Below, piece after piece: positions 39,233-53,286 of a stretch of DNA of 64,000 bases. A program made the position numbers and the translations under genes. The DNA comes from Phoronis australis (Eukaryota; Animalia; Phoronida). Numbering within the stretch: position 1 is the stretch's first letter; every line of letters starts with the position of its first letter. The DNA is taken from positions 691,165 through 755,164 of the forward strand of contig NMRA01000056.1 of NCBI GenBank assembly GCA_002633005.1, given 5' to 3'. The notes below the pieces were generated by a model. That model was not told the DNA's origin. It was given only the letters and a program-made list of their open reading frames with translations, and ran no database searches.

Positions 39233-41247
39233 GAAACTTAATCGAAAGTGCTTTATGACATCTACACAGTATATACCAGTATACACCAGGAAAAAAATCA
39301 ACTAAAAATTTTCTTTCATATTTTTTGTTTTCTCAAGAAATTCAAATGTTCAAGAATCAGCAAAATTCTGCACTTTAGTTGATGACTCACCACAACTGTC
39401 AACAGTGTGATTAACTACTGGCAACTCGCCAAAATGATTAACATGTGCAGATGTTACAGCATTGAAAAATAAGTCACCTGCATGTTATGTCAAAGCTGAC
39501 AACCCTCTTCCCACTTTAAACTGATATGAGGCAACTCCTCTTCTCAGAGGTGTGCAAACGTGCTTAGACGTTTGTTAACAGGTCAAATGCCTGTGCTCCA
39601 CAAAAGTACGCTGAACTCTCATCCATTTCCGACAAAAATAACTGCCATAACTACCCTTTCGTTGCTTTTCAAGGTCTTCTAAAGTTGTCGTAAATGTTCA
39701 CATTTTTTCAAAATATTTTCTGCTGGTAGGTACGGCACTTTTTTTGAACAGGATAAAGAATTAAACGGATGCTCCAAATGCGTTATGAAGAAATGGAAAA
39801 TAAAATTTCACTTGTCTGCCCTAATGAGTCCTAAATTTAGATTTTACTGGGTCACCTGTTCAACGTGGTCCAAGAAAGCCTCTATGAATCATTCAGACCT
39901 CAATGAACATTATTTCCAGTAGTTTGTTGAGGTTCTTTGCACTGCACAAAGCTAATCCTTCACCTATTTAGCATAAAAAGTAAAATTTTATTTCATTAAA
40001 CTTTCCAAAGAAAGTTAACTAGATGAAAATTTTAGCCTGTAATTATGGTTTGCACTCAGTAGGTATAAAAAGACAACGTAAATGACCTTTGAAAACAGCA
40101 GAACGACCATTATCACAGTTTGTTTTTCTGAAATTAGTGAAGAATTGTGGTATTCTTGAAAAAGATGTCCAAGGCTAGCTTGGTGTTAGATCTATATAAT
40201 CATTACATTTTAAACACTTATTGCTAAATAGAAAACATTGTAACACCACAAACAGAAATTAAACCTTGAGAATTTCCTAAATTTCAACGAATACATTTCC
40301 TCCGAAAACTTTCTAAGTGAGACATTGCGAGGAAGTTTACATTACCAAGATTTAATTTGACGATAATGACGATATGAAATCCATTCCTTTTATGAGTGGA
40401 ACCAACTTAAAAGATTTTTGAACCACTTAACCAACGACATCCTACCCAACTTTCAGGCCTAGCATCAAAGGAAAATAGTCATTCAACAAAATGTTTAACC
40501 TACTTAGCAAATTTTAGTGGGCACGAAACAACTACTGTAGCAAACCTAACTTCTATTGTCCCATAAGGTGGGTCAAAATCTCACCAACTTTCGACTAAAA
40601 TAATTGGTAAAATTGCACTTTTTTATTTTTAAAGGGCTTCCAAACATCATTGTGAATGCCTAAAGATTTTCAAGATATCGTCAGTTGGTAGCTATAGAAC
40701 ATAATTTGAATACGGCAAAGCATCATTTTGGAACTACATTTATGAAAAATGACAAAATAAAATTTCACCTGTCCGCCATATTGCAACCTAAATTTCTGAG
40801 ATTGGACTGCATAACTCATAACTAATAGCCATACGTTTTCCCATGGGTGTTTCTAATAGGATACCAGTTGACAGTGGCACAACGCTTTTTCAAGGTGACT
40901 TCACCAAACTGATAAGCAGGGGTTTAACCTAGTTTTCCATGAATACCATGGAGTAGGTCATGAACAATACATCTACCTGTTTGCATCATGTACCACAGAC
41001 AAGTCCCACATGTCAAAGGGAATATTACCTTCTGTCTCATAAGATGACAATACAAGGAGCCTGCAAGATGTGCATGGAGGCGTGACACAGGCATAGGATA
41101 ATATCCACCAAGTTGGGAAAAGGTTTTTCATTAGAATTCCCATGTTAATCATTTTTTCCATGGCTTTAAACCTTCTTCTGAATGCTGAAAATTTTTCAAA
41201 ACATTATACAGTACTATAGAAATAAGTGTGAACTGAGCTTGAAAGTG

Positions 41248-41328
41248 ATGTCAGGTTATATGGACGAGAGAGCAATGTTTCGAGGATCATGACAACATTG
41301 CTCTGCCGAGGTCCATATGACCCGACAT
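41248..41328. repeat. Imperfect 81-bp hairpin (probable TE remnant)
   Basis: atgtcaggttatatggac / gtccatatgacccgacat outer stem and perfect inner agagcaatgtt / aacattgctct. Confidence 0.7.
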
Positions 41329-41638
41329 GTACGAGGAATCACGTTATATTTGTAACGCATGACGGTTGGTCCTTCTTTCCTCTGATTTTTGTCTCTCATT
41401 AGACTTTTACCTGCTTTCATGTACTATGGTAAAAATCCACTAAAATTCTTCAGTTGGGGACACAATATGGAGGACAGAAGAAATAAATTTTCAGGAAAAT
41501 GGTTTGTATGGCGTAGCGATCACCAAACAGCATATGGTAAAATTTTGAGCATTTGCAACAATGTGATAAGCCTTTAAAAATAGAAATATGACAATATTAG
41601 CAATCATTTTTGCCCCAAATTGAAGGATTTTTACCATG

Positions 41639-41854
41639 CAGGGCTTGGAAAGACCAATGACAAAAAAAGAAGAAAATTTTTTAGGCTTGTAAGAGATATT
41701 TTTTGTGTTGTGAAATTAAACTGACATGTTTTAGCATGAAAAAAGTCAAAATAAATAAAAGGAAAGAAAAAAAGAGGAAACAGGAAATCAAAAAAGAGGA
41801 AATCGAAATCAAAAAGAGGAAACCCTCTTAAAAGTGTAAAATTCCCAAGTCCTG
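41639..41854. mobile_element. Degenerate hAT-like MITE containing a ~21-bp A-rich tandem repeat
   Basis: cagggcttggaa ... ttcccaagtcctg ends; aaaagaggaaa..gaaatc x3. Confidence 0.45.
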
Positions 41855-43007
41855 GCCATTATAGATTAGAAGCAATGGAGATCATTGCACACACACTATT
41901 CACATTACACCAACTTTAACTGGTGTAATGTAAAAGCACTTTCTGAAGGACCACTTCTTGTCAGGCCTTTCCTAGTAGCTAGTTAAATCTACCGAGTTAG
42001 GCATATATAGCTACCCCTAAAATGACTGGGCAGTTATGGATTGCTGGTATCATCATGACAGGCCATTTCCTGCTGATTACAAGCCTATCCCTAATTGACT
42101 AATTATGCTATGGTCCAGTTGAGAATGACCCAATACCATGTTTACAATGACCCACAAAGGTTGAACTTTGAAGTTTTCATGGGGGAAACTGGGTCGCAAG
42201 GTGGTCATGAGATCATTAGATTGGCATATCCATAGTTCACTTTTGTTTTTCTTTTTATTTATGATAAAACAGAGAATGACAAGCATTTATCATGGGCTGA
42301 TGTGCACCCAAAAGTAAGATATCCACGTGACCTATACTGTTATTTACATGTCAAACAAAGCTGCAACAATAGTAGTTTCCCATAGGTGATAACCACGCCA
42401 GACGCTTACACCCAGCCCCGTCGCCTGTATGTCGCAAGTTAAACAATACCTTGCCAGCTCCCTACGACTGCACTTGGCGTGGGTTGTGTACAGACCAACT
42501 ATAAACCTATGCTCAAGTTAAGTTCCACTGTTATCATTCACCAAATTTTAAAAATTGTGGACATTCACAACAATGTAAGAACCTTCAAAAATAAAAAGGG
42601 CAGTTTTATCAATTATTCTTGTATGAAATTGGTGAGATTTTACTGTGCTGTTCCCACCAGTTCTCTCGCTCGCGGGCAGTGCTGTCGCTTTCCAATTCAC
42701 CCCAGTTAGTGCCTCTATGCACCATTGTTTCCAAAGAGATTTGACAGCAGTGCTACCTACTGAGGTATAACTTTTGCCACTGCTGTGTTCGTGAAAAAAT
42801 GAAGACAACTAAATAAGAATACCAAATTTTGTTAGGAAATTTATTCACCTTTCAGAAAATATATACTTTGTAGGGGTTGCAGCTAACAGAATTTAAGATA
42901 TTTGCATGTAAGTACAACCTGGTAAACAAAGTTCGCAGTTACCTTAAAAGTTAAAACTCAGTGGTTTTAAACTTATAACCTCTTTGGTGCAAACAGGGTA
43001 TAAATGT

Positions 43008-45192
43008 CAGGGCTCGACATAACGAGCTGCAGGTCGCATTTGCGACCTGAAATTTGGAAATGCGAGCTGAGATTTTTGTCAGCTCGTATAAAGTCGCAAA
43101 ATGCGACCTGGAATTTCCAACGAATGCGAGCTGAGTTTTTACACTTCTCAACAGATACCTGGCAAATACAAAACAGCTCTTGTTAATCCGACCGTTATTT
43201 GGTTGTCAAATCCAAGTTCAAAAAAAAAAAAACTAACCGAGAACAGCCCTCCCGATGACTTGTAAGCAAGTCGCGTGAACATGCGATATGCAGAATCGAT
43301 CTTTAACGCGTTTCATTGGCTAACACTTTCGGCCACTTTTGTAAATTCCCGGATTCGCCGAAGAAAGTTTCGGGCCACTGCTTACACGTGATAAAACTTC
43401 ACAAAACAACGGTGTTTCTATTAATTCTTAAGCGATCAACTTACCAAACTTTGTGGTGGACAAAAATGCTTATTTTTCACATAAGATGTCCTTATTACAT
43501 GTACCAAATATCCACGACAATATCCCTGATATCGCACTGCGGCACCGTTAGCGCGCAAGAGGTCCCGGCAGACAATTGTGACTTAGACTGAGATGTGCTT
43601 CTCCTTTTATCGTATTAAGACAGCCAAAGTGAAAATGACAACCTTATTAATCGCCAAACGACGGTCACGTCTTTACTTTCAATTGCCAAGAAATTCTCAA
43701 ACCCTTTACTTGTTTCTGGGGCTACGTGCGCGAAATATGATTTGTCTTTCACACGTTGTTGCCAACGTAAAGTGTAGGCCTACTCCAGCGATTCAAGTGC
43801 GTGAACTCACGCGTGCGCACCACTTCAAAGAACAGCGACAGTCCTAAATGAAAGAGTATACCGGCTTGGCTCTGGTTTATTTGAAAATGAACTCAGATTC
43901 CCAGCGGTTATAAAAGACCCGATGTCCCGGGACCGATATAACCCAGAACTAACGTTATTCTGTTCCGATGTTTCCCGAGGTCGATGTTCTGTAAACCCTG
44001 TATTCTATGCCCGTAGCCAGCTATTGCAACTAAACTGGCACTAGATGCGAAATTGTGGTTCAAGTTAGCGAACTTTTCATTCTTCTCTTTATACACCCCC
44101 CGGCAACTTTTCGCTCCCCGAACCACCTTCGCCGTAAAATGTTCAGACTCCTATAGAAACAACCTTGTTCCGGCTGAAGCGGGCAGTTAAAAAAATCATT
44201 CCGGGTGGCTAAAAAGGGTACAATGTAGTTGGTAACGATATCCAGAAAGTCACCCCTACCAGATGGAGTTTGCCTCGCAAAATCGTATTATTATAACGTT
44301 TTTTACCATTGCAGCGTTTTAATATTTTATTACCGCAAACACTGAGGTTAACGACTATGCTCACGCACAAGCCTACTCCCTACCTTTAAAGTGTTTCATA
44401 ATAAGCGCTCACTGATCTATTAAAAGTCCCCCCTGAAATTTTGAGAATTTCTAATTAAGCGCCCACAGTTCAAGCTAGCGCCCATCATTGCGCACTACAA
44501 ACGACCGCGTGTGGTTTAAAATTGACACGCAGCTTATATGGTGTGTGTCACTTTCATTTTACACAACTTCAGTTTTCAAAAACGTCTTTTCACAATATGT
44601 AAAAACCAAATCCCGGCTTTGTTTTATACCTCGGAAAGAAAGTTAACACTAGTGACATGCGTGTCGTTTTGCAGCTGACCTACTTTTTCCCGTACTTGGA
44701 AGGTATTGAAGAGCAATATCGCGATTTCCCGAGTTAGTTCGAATCGTTAACGACTTTGATGACGGCCAGTAGCACACCAGATCTAACAAAATCCCGGATA
44801 CTTTTTCAACGGGCATTTTCTCCCTTTTCACATCGCAAATTTAGCTACTCGAATGCACAAGTCAGTTAGAGAGCACCGATTCAACTTTCACGCCGGCAAC
44901 TTGCCTTGCGCTCTAGAGACTTTCAATGGCGGTCGTGAAGAACAGTAAGGCCGTACCTGCATGAATGAAGTCAATTTTGAGATCCGAAATTTGTGAGTGT
45001 TTAACACTGCAGGTAAGAGCATAATCTAAACATTTTCTCGATGATCTAAAAAATCTATTTTGGCGCGTAAAAATAGCGGGAAAATTTTGCGACCTGGCAT
45101 TTACGAATGCGAGCTGGATTTTGAAAATGCGACCTGGGATTTTGGCTAGGTCGCAAAATGCGACCTGGCAATTTTAATAGCGTCGAGCCCTG
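43008..45192. mobile_element. Non-autonomous hAT5-like element, 2185 bp
   Basis: 11-bp TIR CAGGGCTCGAC, perfect 5-bp TSD AATGT, subterminal TGCGA(C/G)CTG repeats at both ends, no transposase ORF. Confidence 0.85.
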
Positions 45193-47858
45193 AATGTGGT
45201 ATGCTGTCACTATGGCAGATATCTCGACTTATACTACCGTACTTTCATGTTTATGTATAGCGCAAAATGTGTACCCGGTAATTTCAAAAAACGCGAAATT
45301 GCTAACATTGGCAACTAACTCTAAGACACGATCACTTCCTCCTTGGTAAACAAACACATGGTAAACAGCTTCCAGTCAGACATTACCTAATGCTCAGGTC
45401 ACAACAGTCATAAAATGGATGTAATACCCAGAGTGCATGCGCAGCTCAAATCTTTACAAAACTGTATCTTACCAGCCATTCTCATTTCTAGACATTAAAT
45501 TAATTAATTACGCAAACCCCCTATCCCTCTAGAGTACAAGAGGTGACCGAGAACTCACTATCTTAAAGAACAACAATACGATAAAAGTGTTATGGTTGAG
45601 ACTATCCTTCACATGGGGTGAGATCATTCAAGGTTCAACTATTGGGCATTACAAGAAATTTGATTGAACGAATCATCAAAATTAAATACACCAGAAAAGT
45701 ACTATCAGTCAAGATATCCAAAACACACCCGTCCCCTCGACCCCCTCCCTCGTTGATCTGAAACACAGGGATAGTTATGGTAAAAATCCACAGTAAAACC
45801 ACAAGACCACAGTTGTGTACTGTGGTAATCAGTATCAAAAGCAATGGCATAATATGACCACAAAGGCGGGGAATTTACATATTAAAATAACTTTTACCTG
45901 GTCAAAAGGCAACGCAGTTGTATGAGACACGCTTGGTATAACAAACAAAAACATAAATGAAAAAATGAAAATTGATGAAAAAATACTGTATGAGCTTGCC
46001 AACTAAGGGTATGGAGAGACTTAGATAAACCCTAAGTTTGGAACCCAATGATCTAAGGGTGTACAAAGACTGGAAATATACAATAAATTCTTACTGGACA
46101 AAAGAGGCAATACAGTATCCTGAAACACACTGGGCATCAGAGACAAAATTAAACAAAAAATAACGGAACACACTTCCACCAATTAGCCAAACCAGACCCT
46201 TAATTAACAGAGAGATCAGGCAAACGCAAAGTTCACATTATGGATGGCAATGGTCTAAAGGTATATACAAAGGCCGAGAAATGACAATGACTTTTTCCTG
46301 GTGAAAAGTTTAATGCACTGTTCTGAAACATGAAGTGCAAGTCAAAAGTATTCAGACAAACTGACCCGGAACGGGGTGGGAGTTGAATTCATCCTCACAG
46401 GTCTTCCCTATTGACAGACAATGAATGTAAACTAACAAGAAAGTTAGTACCGTAAGGTGAGCAAATCTGCAAATTTTTGTTATTACCAGCCATTTTTCCT
46501 GTTAACAGAATTATATTCCATCATGACAGAAAAACAGTATTTTGTCCAATCACTTATGTCAGTTACTCTACTGGAGTTAACAAGAATTCACGCGTACGAA
46601 ATTTGCTAAATCAAAACTTAAAAGAAGAGAGGGCGACCCAACTTCAACACAAAGTCTGGAGTACAACAGTGTGTACCATTACTTGAAACCCTTACAGTTA
46701 AATTAAGCTTCTCCTTCCTGCAATATATTTCACTATATGCCTTTCACAAAAGAAGGTTGGAAATCCTAAGTTACAAGCTTGGTGTATGAACAGAAACTAT
46801 CATAAAGCATTCGCTTGACTTAAACTTTCCAAGCGATCCATTTCATGGATGTTCATGACTTCATTTTCTTGATTCTAGTTAGAAAGAAAACAGAAAGTAT
46901 CTGAAAGAATATCCCCAAATAATGACGCAACACCTGACATTATTGACAGTAACACCTGCTAACTCTTATGGCACTGAAGCTAACTGTATTCGCACCGTAT
47001 CAATACACACGTTTATGGCAAGCTCACTTGCATTCCTAACTTCGTTCTTAAAGTTAAAAAAGTCGAATTTTAAAAGTTCTCTGCATATGTCAGTCACATG
47101 ACCCCTTCAACTAGCAATTTTCAAGGTCAAGCAAAGATATAATTAGATGCGTTCACCCAAACACACTAATAAGACCTAAGAATTACTTTTCTTGGTTGAA
47201 ACAATTTTAACAATTGATCAGATTGTTTGCCAGTCACAAAACGAATTGACCTGTCCTTTTATAATCCGTGTAAACATTAAGAGAACACAAGTCAAACATG
47301 CTTTTTCTTAGTTGCTAGTCAACAGGTCTAGATATCAGATTCAAACATTGTTTTGATGTTCATTTAGATACTCCACAGCAAATCATAAAACCCCAACAAT
47401 TGCATACCCTACCTAAGTTGAAAGTTTTATTTTATACAACTCTAATGAGTTCTTTTGACATTCATTATGACAGCTTGCAAGATATTGATTGGCCATTGAT
47501 TTTACAACATTTGTTACATAATAACCAGTCCTAAGAATTGGTGGCAATTCCAAGAATCAGTAACAGCATAAGCAATGCCTTCAGGCTACAAATATGGCGT
47601 TGTTTCCGTAAGGCAAGAATCTCGCGAAAACGCAAGAACACATGAAAACACAAGCTTCTATAGCAAGAATTTTGCAGTTACCAAACTCTAACCTGGTACA
47701 GACTCATAAATTATGCCCTCACTTAATCGTTCCGACATATGTCCCTCAGGCTATGAAAACGTTCATTACATCGAACAAGCAACAAAAATAAGAAGGCATA
47801 TGAATTTATTTTTAATCATTGAGTCTAGAGATACATTTTAAAATTATGCACTCATTTG

Positions 47859-48078
47859 CATGCGCGCCCCTGCCTAAAAAAGGAGGCGGCTCGAATATTT
47901 GAGAATGTGGACCTTTTACTAAGTGACACAGTGAACGATAAGAACTATCGAATGTGCATTCGCCAAATTGTGGTAGTTCCTGCTTTTTAGTGGACTTTCG
48001 TCTCCTTTTCTACTTCTTTCGGAGTTATTATTTCTCTGAGGCGGACATTTTTGCTCACCCCCCCTGGATGTGCGCATG
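47859..48078. mobile_element. MITE with CATGCGC termini and perfect 5-bp TSD
   Basis: atttg|catgcgcgc...gtgcgcatg|atttg. Interior shared with ~37530-37650. Confidence 0.75.
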
Positions 48079-49187
48079 ATTTGTGTCCATGCCTTGAAAC
48101 TTTGCTATTCCAAATAGTCACAAACTGGCTATCATGAGACATTTGGAATCCAAAATCAGATTTTTCAAGCAGAGCAAGATTCAACTGAAACATACACTGC
48201 AGTTCTAAATAGCTGACTATCGTATGAAAGGGTTAATGTCAGTACTAATTTACAACAAAAGTTCTCTACAAGTCCACTCCTCAAAAGAAAACAAAAACGG
48301 CCAGTATTCAAGAAATCTCCAAGAATGATATGCTACTGAATGGGAAAAGTAATAGCTTGCATGACCAAAACAAGATGGCGAGCAGATTTACTAGTGGAGC
48401 ATCATTTCTTTCCCTTCTAGGGCAGGTTTCACAAACCAGAGGGGATGAGTAAACAACTTAAAATGGCGATTCAAAAACCCTGTTATTTACATATATAGTC
48501 ACAAATTGTCTGATACGATGCACTGCTGAGTCTGTTTAAGGTTTAAGTCATACTAGTATCGCTAATCAGGTAGGGTGATCATATCTACTTCCTTATTCCA
48601 GTCAGCTTCAACACAAAACACAACACTAGCCTGCTAACTGCCATATTGGAAGTGGTAAACAAGAGAAATCCCTGTTGTCTCCAGTATGCACAAATTTTCT
48701 GATGGAACCTTCCCCACATTAGCTGTGATCCCAATTTTCTTTCGCGATCACAGATACAGACCAAAGTTACAGTTCATAATAGCCTTCATGCTTCGAGTCA
48801 CAGACTAGGCTCTTGAAAAACACCAGTATCCCATATTCACCAGGTTTACGCAATACAAGAACGATGACATCATGTGGTCACAAGTTATAGGTTGAAGTGA
48901 AGGATCATAGTCTAATATCGGTTTGAAACAAAACCACTGGGTTGCAAGGGTCCCACATTATAATTACTCGGTCGTAATACTGTATTTACTACTCGCTGTC
49001 GTTGCTTGGAGTTGGGTTCGCAGGTTAGCGCAACAACAACTATTCGGGCGGCCGACAAAACGACATGGCGAATTCCCTAGGTACTCAAATCGGATAAACA
49101 TATTTAATTAAATCGACTTTGTAAAGTCTCACAAACTTAATGAGGAAGTATCATGAGCGACACGGTACACTTTTAGCTCTAACTTAC

Positions 49188-49313
49188 CGAATATCACACC
49201 ATCTGTAACACAACTTGAGGAAAAACTACTTTAAATTAGGTTTAAAGAACTTCCCTGAGCTTGCTTGGAAACTTCACTCATGTCTTAATTATTTTTTTGT
49301 ATGCAGCTTTGAC
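49188..49313 (-). other. Candidate non-coding (5'UTR) internal exon of gene 1, containing short uORFs
   Basis: Strong acceptor tttttatcttcag|G and consensus donor G|gtaagt, 126 nt apart. Stops and uATGs inside. The link to gene 1 is inferred, because the ATG exon has an acceptor and needs an upstream exon. Confidence 0.45.
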
Positions 49314-50277
49314 CTGAAGATAAAAATCCACAAAAACGTGTGAAACCAAAATTAGATATTTTTGTGCTAAATTAAAGTTAAATTCATAAAATCATATGAC
49401 AAAATGTGGTAATAGTTATTACCAAAATCCATTTTAAAAAAATTAATGGTGCAGAAATTCATGTATTTTGTAAGCACCCAAAATCCACCCACATCAACTT
49501 ATGACGTAGGGGGTTTTCCGAGAACTCAATAGGGAAACTAGGTCACTCTTGGAAACAACATTGGTGGGCAGTTACTTAGTACGTGTTACGAAATGTTTGA
49601 TAACAAAAGATGCAGCGCTTTTTTCACACTGATTCGAGAGATAGAACATTTCTATGCAGGAGGCGCTGTGACAAAGGGTTAAGACAGATAAATTAGGAAC
49701 CAGTAGGCGAAGACTGGTTCTTAGAAGTAAAATAGATAATTCCCCTGGTAAGGAAAACCCGGTTCGGTGCAGTCAACCTCAAGCCTAGTAGCAGATATTT
49801 AGTTAATTAAGTCGTTTTACTGTTTATTTTATTGTTTGTTTCGCATCCACCTTGTACGTTTTACCGTGTTCCTGAAGATGGGAAATGTGCTCTCGAATTA
49901 TAGCTGCTATTTTAACTTGTTTGTTTGTAATGTCCATTGACAATTTGATCACTAGTATACGTTGAAACTGTATCATTAAATACAAATCTTAGAACACGGA
50001 AGTGTACCATTTACTCCTTTGCACACCGTAAGTAAGCAAGAGGACATCGGAGCCCCCGCGTAAGTAAATACGTGCCGGGACCAGTGCACTAAGATTCGGT
50101 GGAGGGTACCCGGGGTGCACGTTTTTACCCGCACGTACATTCTCGACTCATTAAGCTGACGGACTTAACTGGCAGATGATAAATCTCATCCCAAGCCAGT
50201 GTTACGATACGACGAGCCAAGCGGTCTCAGTTCGGGCGCAGACAGAGCCGCAAGCAGAGTTAGTCGAGTCAAATCTA

Positions 50278-50540
50278 CCTAAGATTGACAGGTGCTGAGC
50301 ATGATGGACCATGAACAAAATAAAAAAATCGACCTCTTAATTCTACTTAAAACCGGCCGGGCTGTTTATTACCACACAACACGAACATGACCAACGAGCT
50401 CGGCTGCCGTGTGATTTTTCCGTGAGTAAAAAAGGAACAGCTTGGCCTACTCAGCATTTATGCCCAAGAGAACGCCAGTTTTGCCTTACGTAATTGCACC
50501 GTTCTTGGCCAATGCTGCTCGGTATCGTCCTACGTGACTT
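50278..50540 (-). promoter_or_regulatory. Candidate first exon / promoter region of gene 1
   Basis: Locally CpG-rich sequence just upstream of the candidate UTR exon. Possible donor TAG|gtagat near 50277. CCAAT and TACGT(A/G)A motifs at ~50488-50538. Confidence 0.25.
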
Positions 50541-50761
50541 CATGCGCGCATCCAGGGGAGCTCAGGGGTTTCGAAGTGGGCAAAAGGGTCCGTCTTCGCG
50601 AGACAAAAAGTCCGATAAAATGAGGCATAAGTTCATTGAACATGCGCAAATGCGTAATTCACAGTGGTGCTCCTTTTTTTGTAGTCCGCCCACTTTTTTG
50701 TTACCAAGAGGTCCAAAGTCAGGAATTCAAGCCCCCATATTGAAGGCTGGGTACGCGCATG
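50541..50761. mobile_element. MITE with CATGCGCG termini and near 5-bp TSD
   Basis: gactt|catgcgcgcatccag...ctgggtacgcgcatg|gactc. Confidence 0.7.
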
Positions 50762-51663
50762 GACTCCGACAATGTCGATCATTGTTTGTCCCAGTTCAGT
50801 CTCTTAAAATTCCTATTAAATAAAGCCGACGGTAAAGGAATTATTAAAAAGATACCAAACCCGGTTTTGCCCTATTACCAGATATTAAAAATGACGTTCC
50901 CAACCAATTGTCTAAAAAAAATGTTTTGCAACCCTCGACAACCCTCAAAGGTAGTTTGGAGGAAATTTTGAAGACTCGATTACAAAGTCTGCTAAACGGA
51001 CAAGCATAACCTATGCGCTTTTAACGAATTACGAGGAGAGGCCAAGTACTGACGCCGCAAAAAGTGGCATGGCGTTTTTTGTCTCGTACACCAGCGCTGC
51101 AGATGCTTTCACGCTGATGACAATGAGATAGGCCTGCGCGGCCGCATCTTTCAGCTTCAATGACCATTGACAGCGCCACGCATCTACATGTTTTGTCTCT
51201 TTTAGAGAAAAACAAACATACAATTCATTGAAACAATGAAGAAAACCCTTTAAGCGGTCGACAAACAGGACCGACGACCTAACAATCAGCACAATGCATT
51301 CCACAAGTTGCGACCTGAGCTTGCCAGATGGTTAACATCCAAATAAAACCTATTTTTTATGCATACATCGAAAAAAACATGGACTCTTATCCGGGCACAA
51401 ACAACTCTTCAAAGCTACGTGTGCTTGCATTGTAACAATAATTTCAATCGGTGTTCCCAATAATGTCGTGGTTGTAAGACAACCTATTTTTGTAAAATAG
51501 TTGATTTTGTCAATTAAATATCAATAGTAGACGTATAACAGTATAATTTTAAAACCTTATGACCCCACAGAATGTTACTGCGTGTACAACCAGGAAGACC
51601 GAGGTCATTTCCACGAACATTTTTTCGCATGCAACTTGCAAATTCAATTTTTTTATTCTATTA

Positions 51664-51798
51664 CATGGGCGGCGCAGCACTGAAAAAAGTGGGAGGCTAA
51701 AGCCCCCATGTGGTGCACCGCCTATTGACCACGTGCGGCGTAGTACTGAAAAAAGTGGAGGCTAATGCCCTTCAGCCCCCTATGGTGCGCCGCCCATG
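51664..51798. mobile_element. 135-bp MITE with 13-bp TIR, 5-bp TSD and internal duplication
   Basis: tatta|catgggcggcgca...tgcgccgcccatg|tatta. Confidence 0.75.
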
Positions 51799-52183
51799 TA
51801 TTAGCTACAAAGGCACGCCTGTGTGCTTCTTTCAAGGCTTTTTAACCCGAGAACTTCACCTACAAAAATGATTACCTTCAGCTTCCCTAAAAAAAACGAG
51901 TTCGTGATTTTTGAAATCCGAGATCTCGGAAAAGCCTTAAAAATCAAGGTTTTGTAGCGGCTGAGAATACGAAGAATTTGCAAGTTTCGTAGGGAAAAAT
52001 AGCGGAAAATACATCAATCTCCATGAAAAATTACGAATTTTGAAAAAAAAAATCATGTGATTGGGAACACCTGGGCACTACTTTCGGGCACATAAAAAGA
52101 TTCTGCGATCACCAAGCCTTTTGAAAATATATTATTTTATGGGTCTTAGTTTAGAAGTAGCATCCTCGGTAAGGAAGATTGTC

Positions 52184-52340
52184 CAGGGGCGGATCCAGGA
52201 TTTTTTAAGTTGGGGGGCAGGACAGAGTAATAGCCAGAATTTTGTATGTCAGACATTCGCACCCCGGAACTACCAAATGGAATCTGGGAGAAATTTAGGG
52301 GGGTCATAGCCCCCTTGCCTCACCCCTAAATCCGCCAATG
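52184..52340. mobile_element. hAT-like MITE (CAGGGGCGGATCCAGG family)
   Basis: caggggcggat ... atccgccaatg ends; no clear TSD. Confidence 0.6.
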
Positions 52341-53286
52341 TTCCTGAAAGGATCAGGGAATTGGTACACCAATTATGCATTCAACTGAAATATCAGGCTA
52401 AAAGGAGGCCTGATAACATCAGGTAATATCCAGCAGTGTCCTATACAATAGTTGTTTACAAAAAAAAACAAGACTAGTTCAGGTCACAAGCCTATTCATG
52501 GTTCACCAAAGTGTCAGCTTATTTATCTATTGAAATTGTACTTGCGATTGCTTCCTCCAGGACAATTATGCAGCACACAGATAGATAGATAGCTTAGTTA
52601 GCCATTCATAACGCAGTCATACATAGAATACAAGACTCAGTGAAGTAAGGACTAATAATGTGTGCGTGTTTTAAATACTGTACATGCATTTGAGATGCCC
52701 TTGGTAGACTGACATAAAAAATCAATGTGTGAGAGTGTGTGCTAGTGTGTGTGTGCGCGCGCCTTCGTGGGTCTCTGTACACACAATGAAAACACATTTG
52801 GGCCTATATATACCCAACTGTTTTGTATTGTGTTTCACTAATTATTATACAAGGTAATAAACACATTGCCCTCCCACCTCTCTATCTCTTTCTCCCCCAC
52901 AGCACACAAATCCCAAAGTAAAAGTTCTGTAATGGTTGAAGTTCCTAGTCCCAGCCTTTTTTCCAGGTTCTTGCCCCATTACATAATACAATAGGCCACT
53001 TTGTCTGCTAGCAAAGTAACTTTTCCTTGAATGGGAAAAATTTATTCCATAAGACAAATAAACATTGAACAGCATAAACAAATCCAGAAACCACAGGACA
53101 TTATGTCTGTATTGTATTTACCAAATAAAAAGTGGAGTTTAAAACATTATACAATCACCTGAAATACATTGAAGTGTGTCTAAGGACACAATGTGATGAA
53201 TAATTTACAAGACATCTACACATGGAATTTATGCTTGTCAGAATTACATTTCACAGAGAACAAAATTACACTCACTATCATTTATA

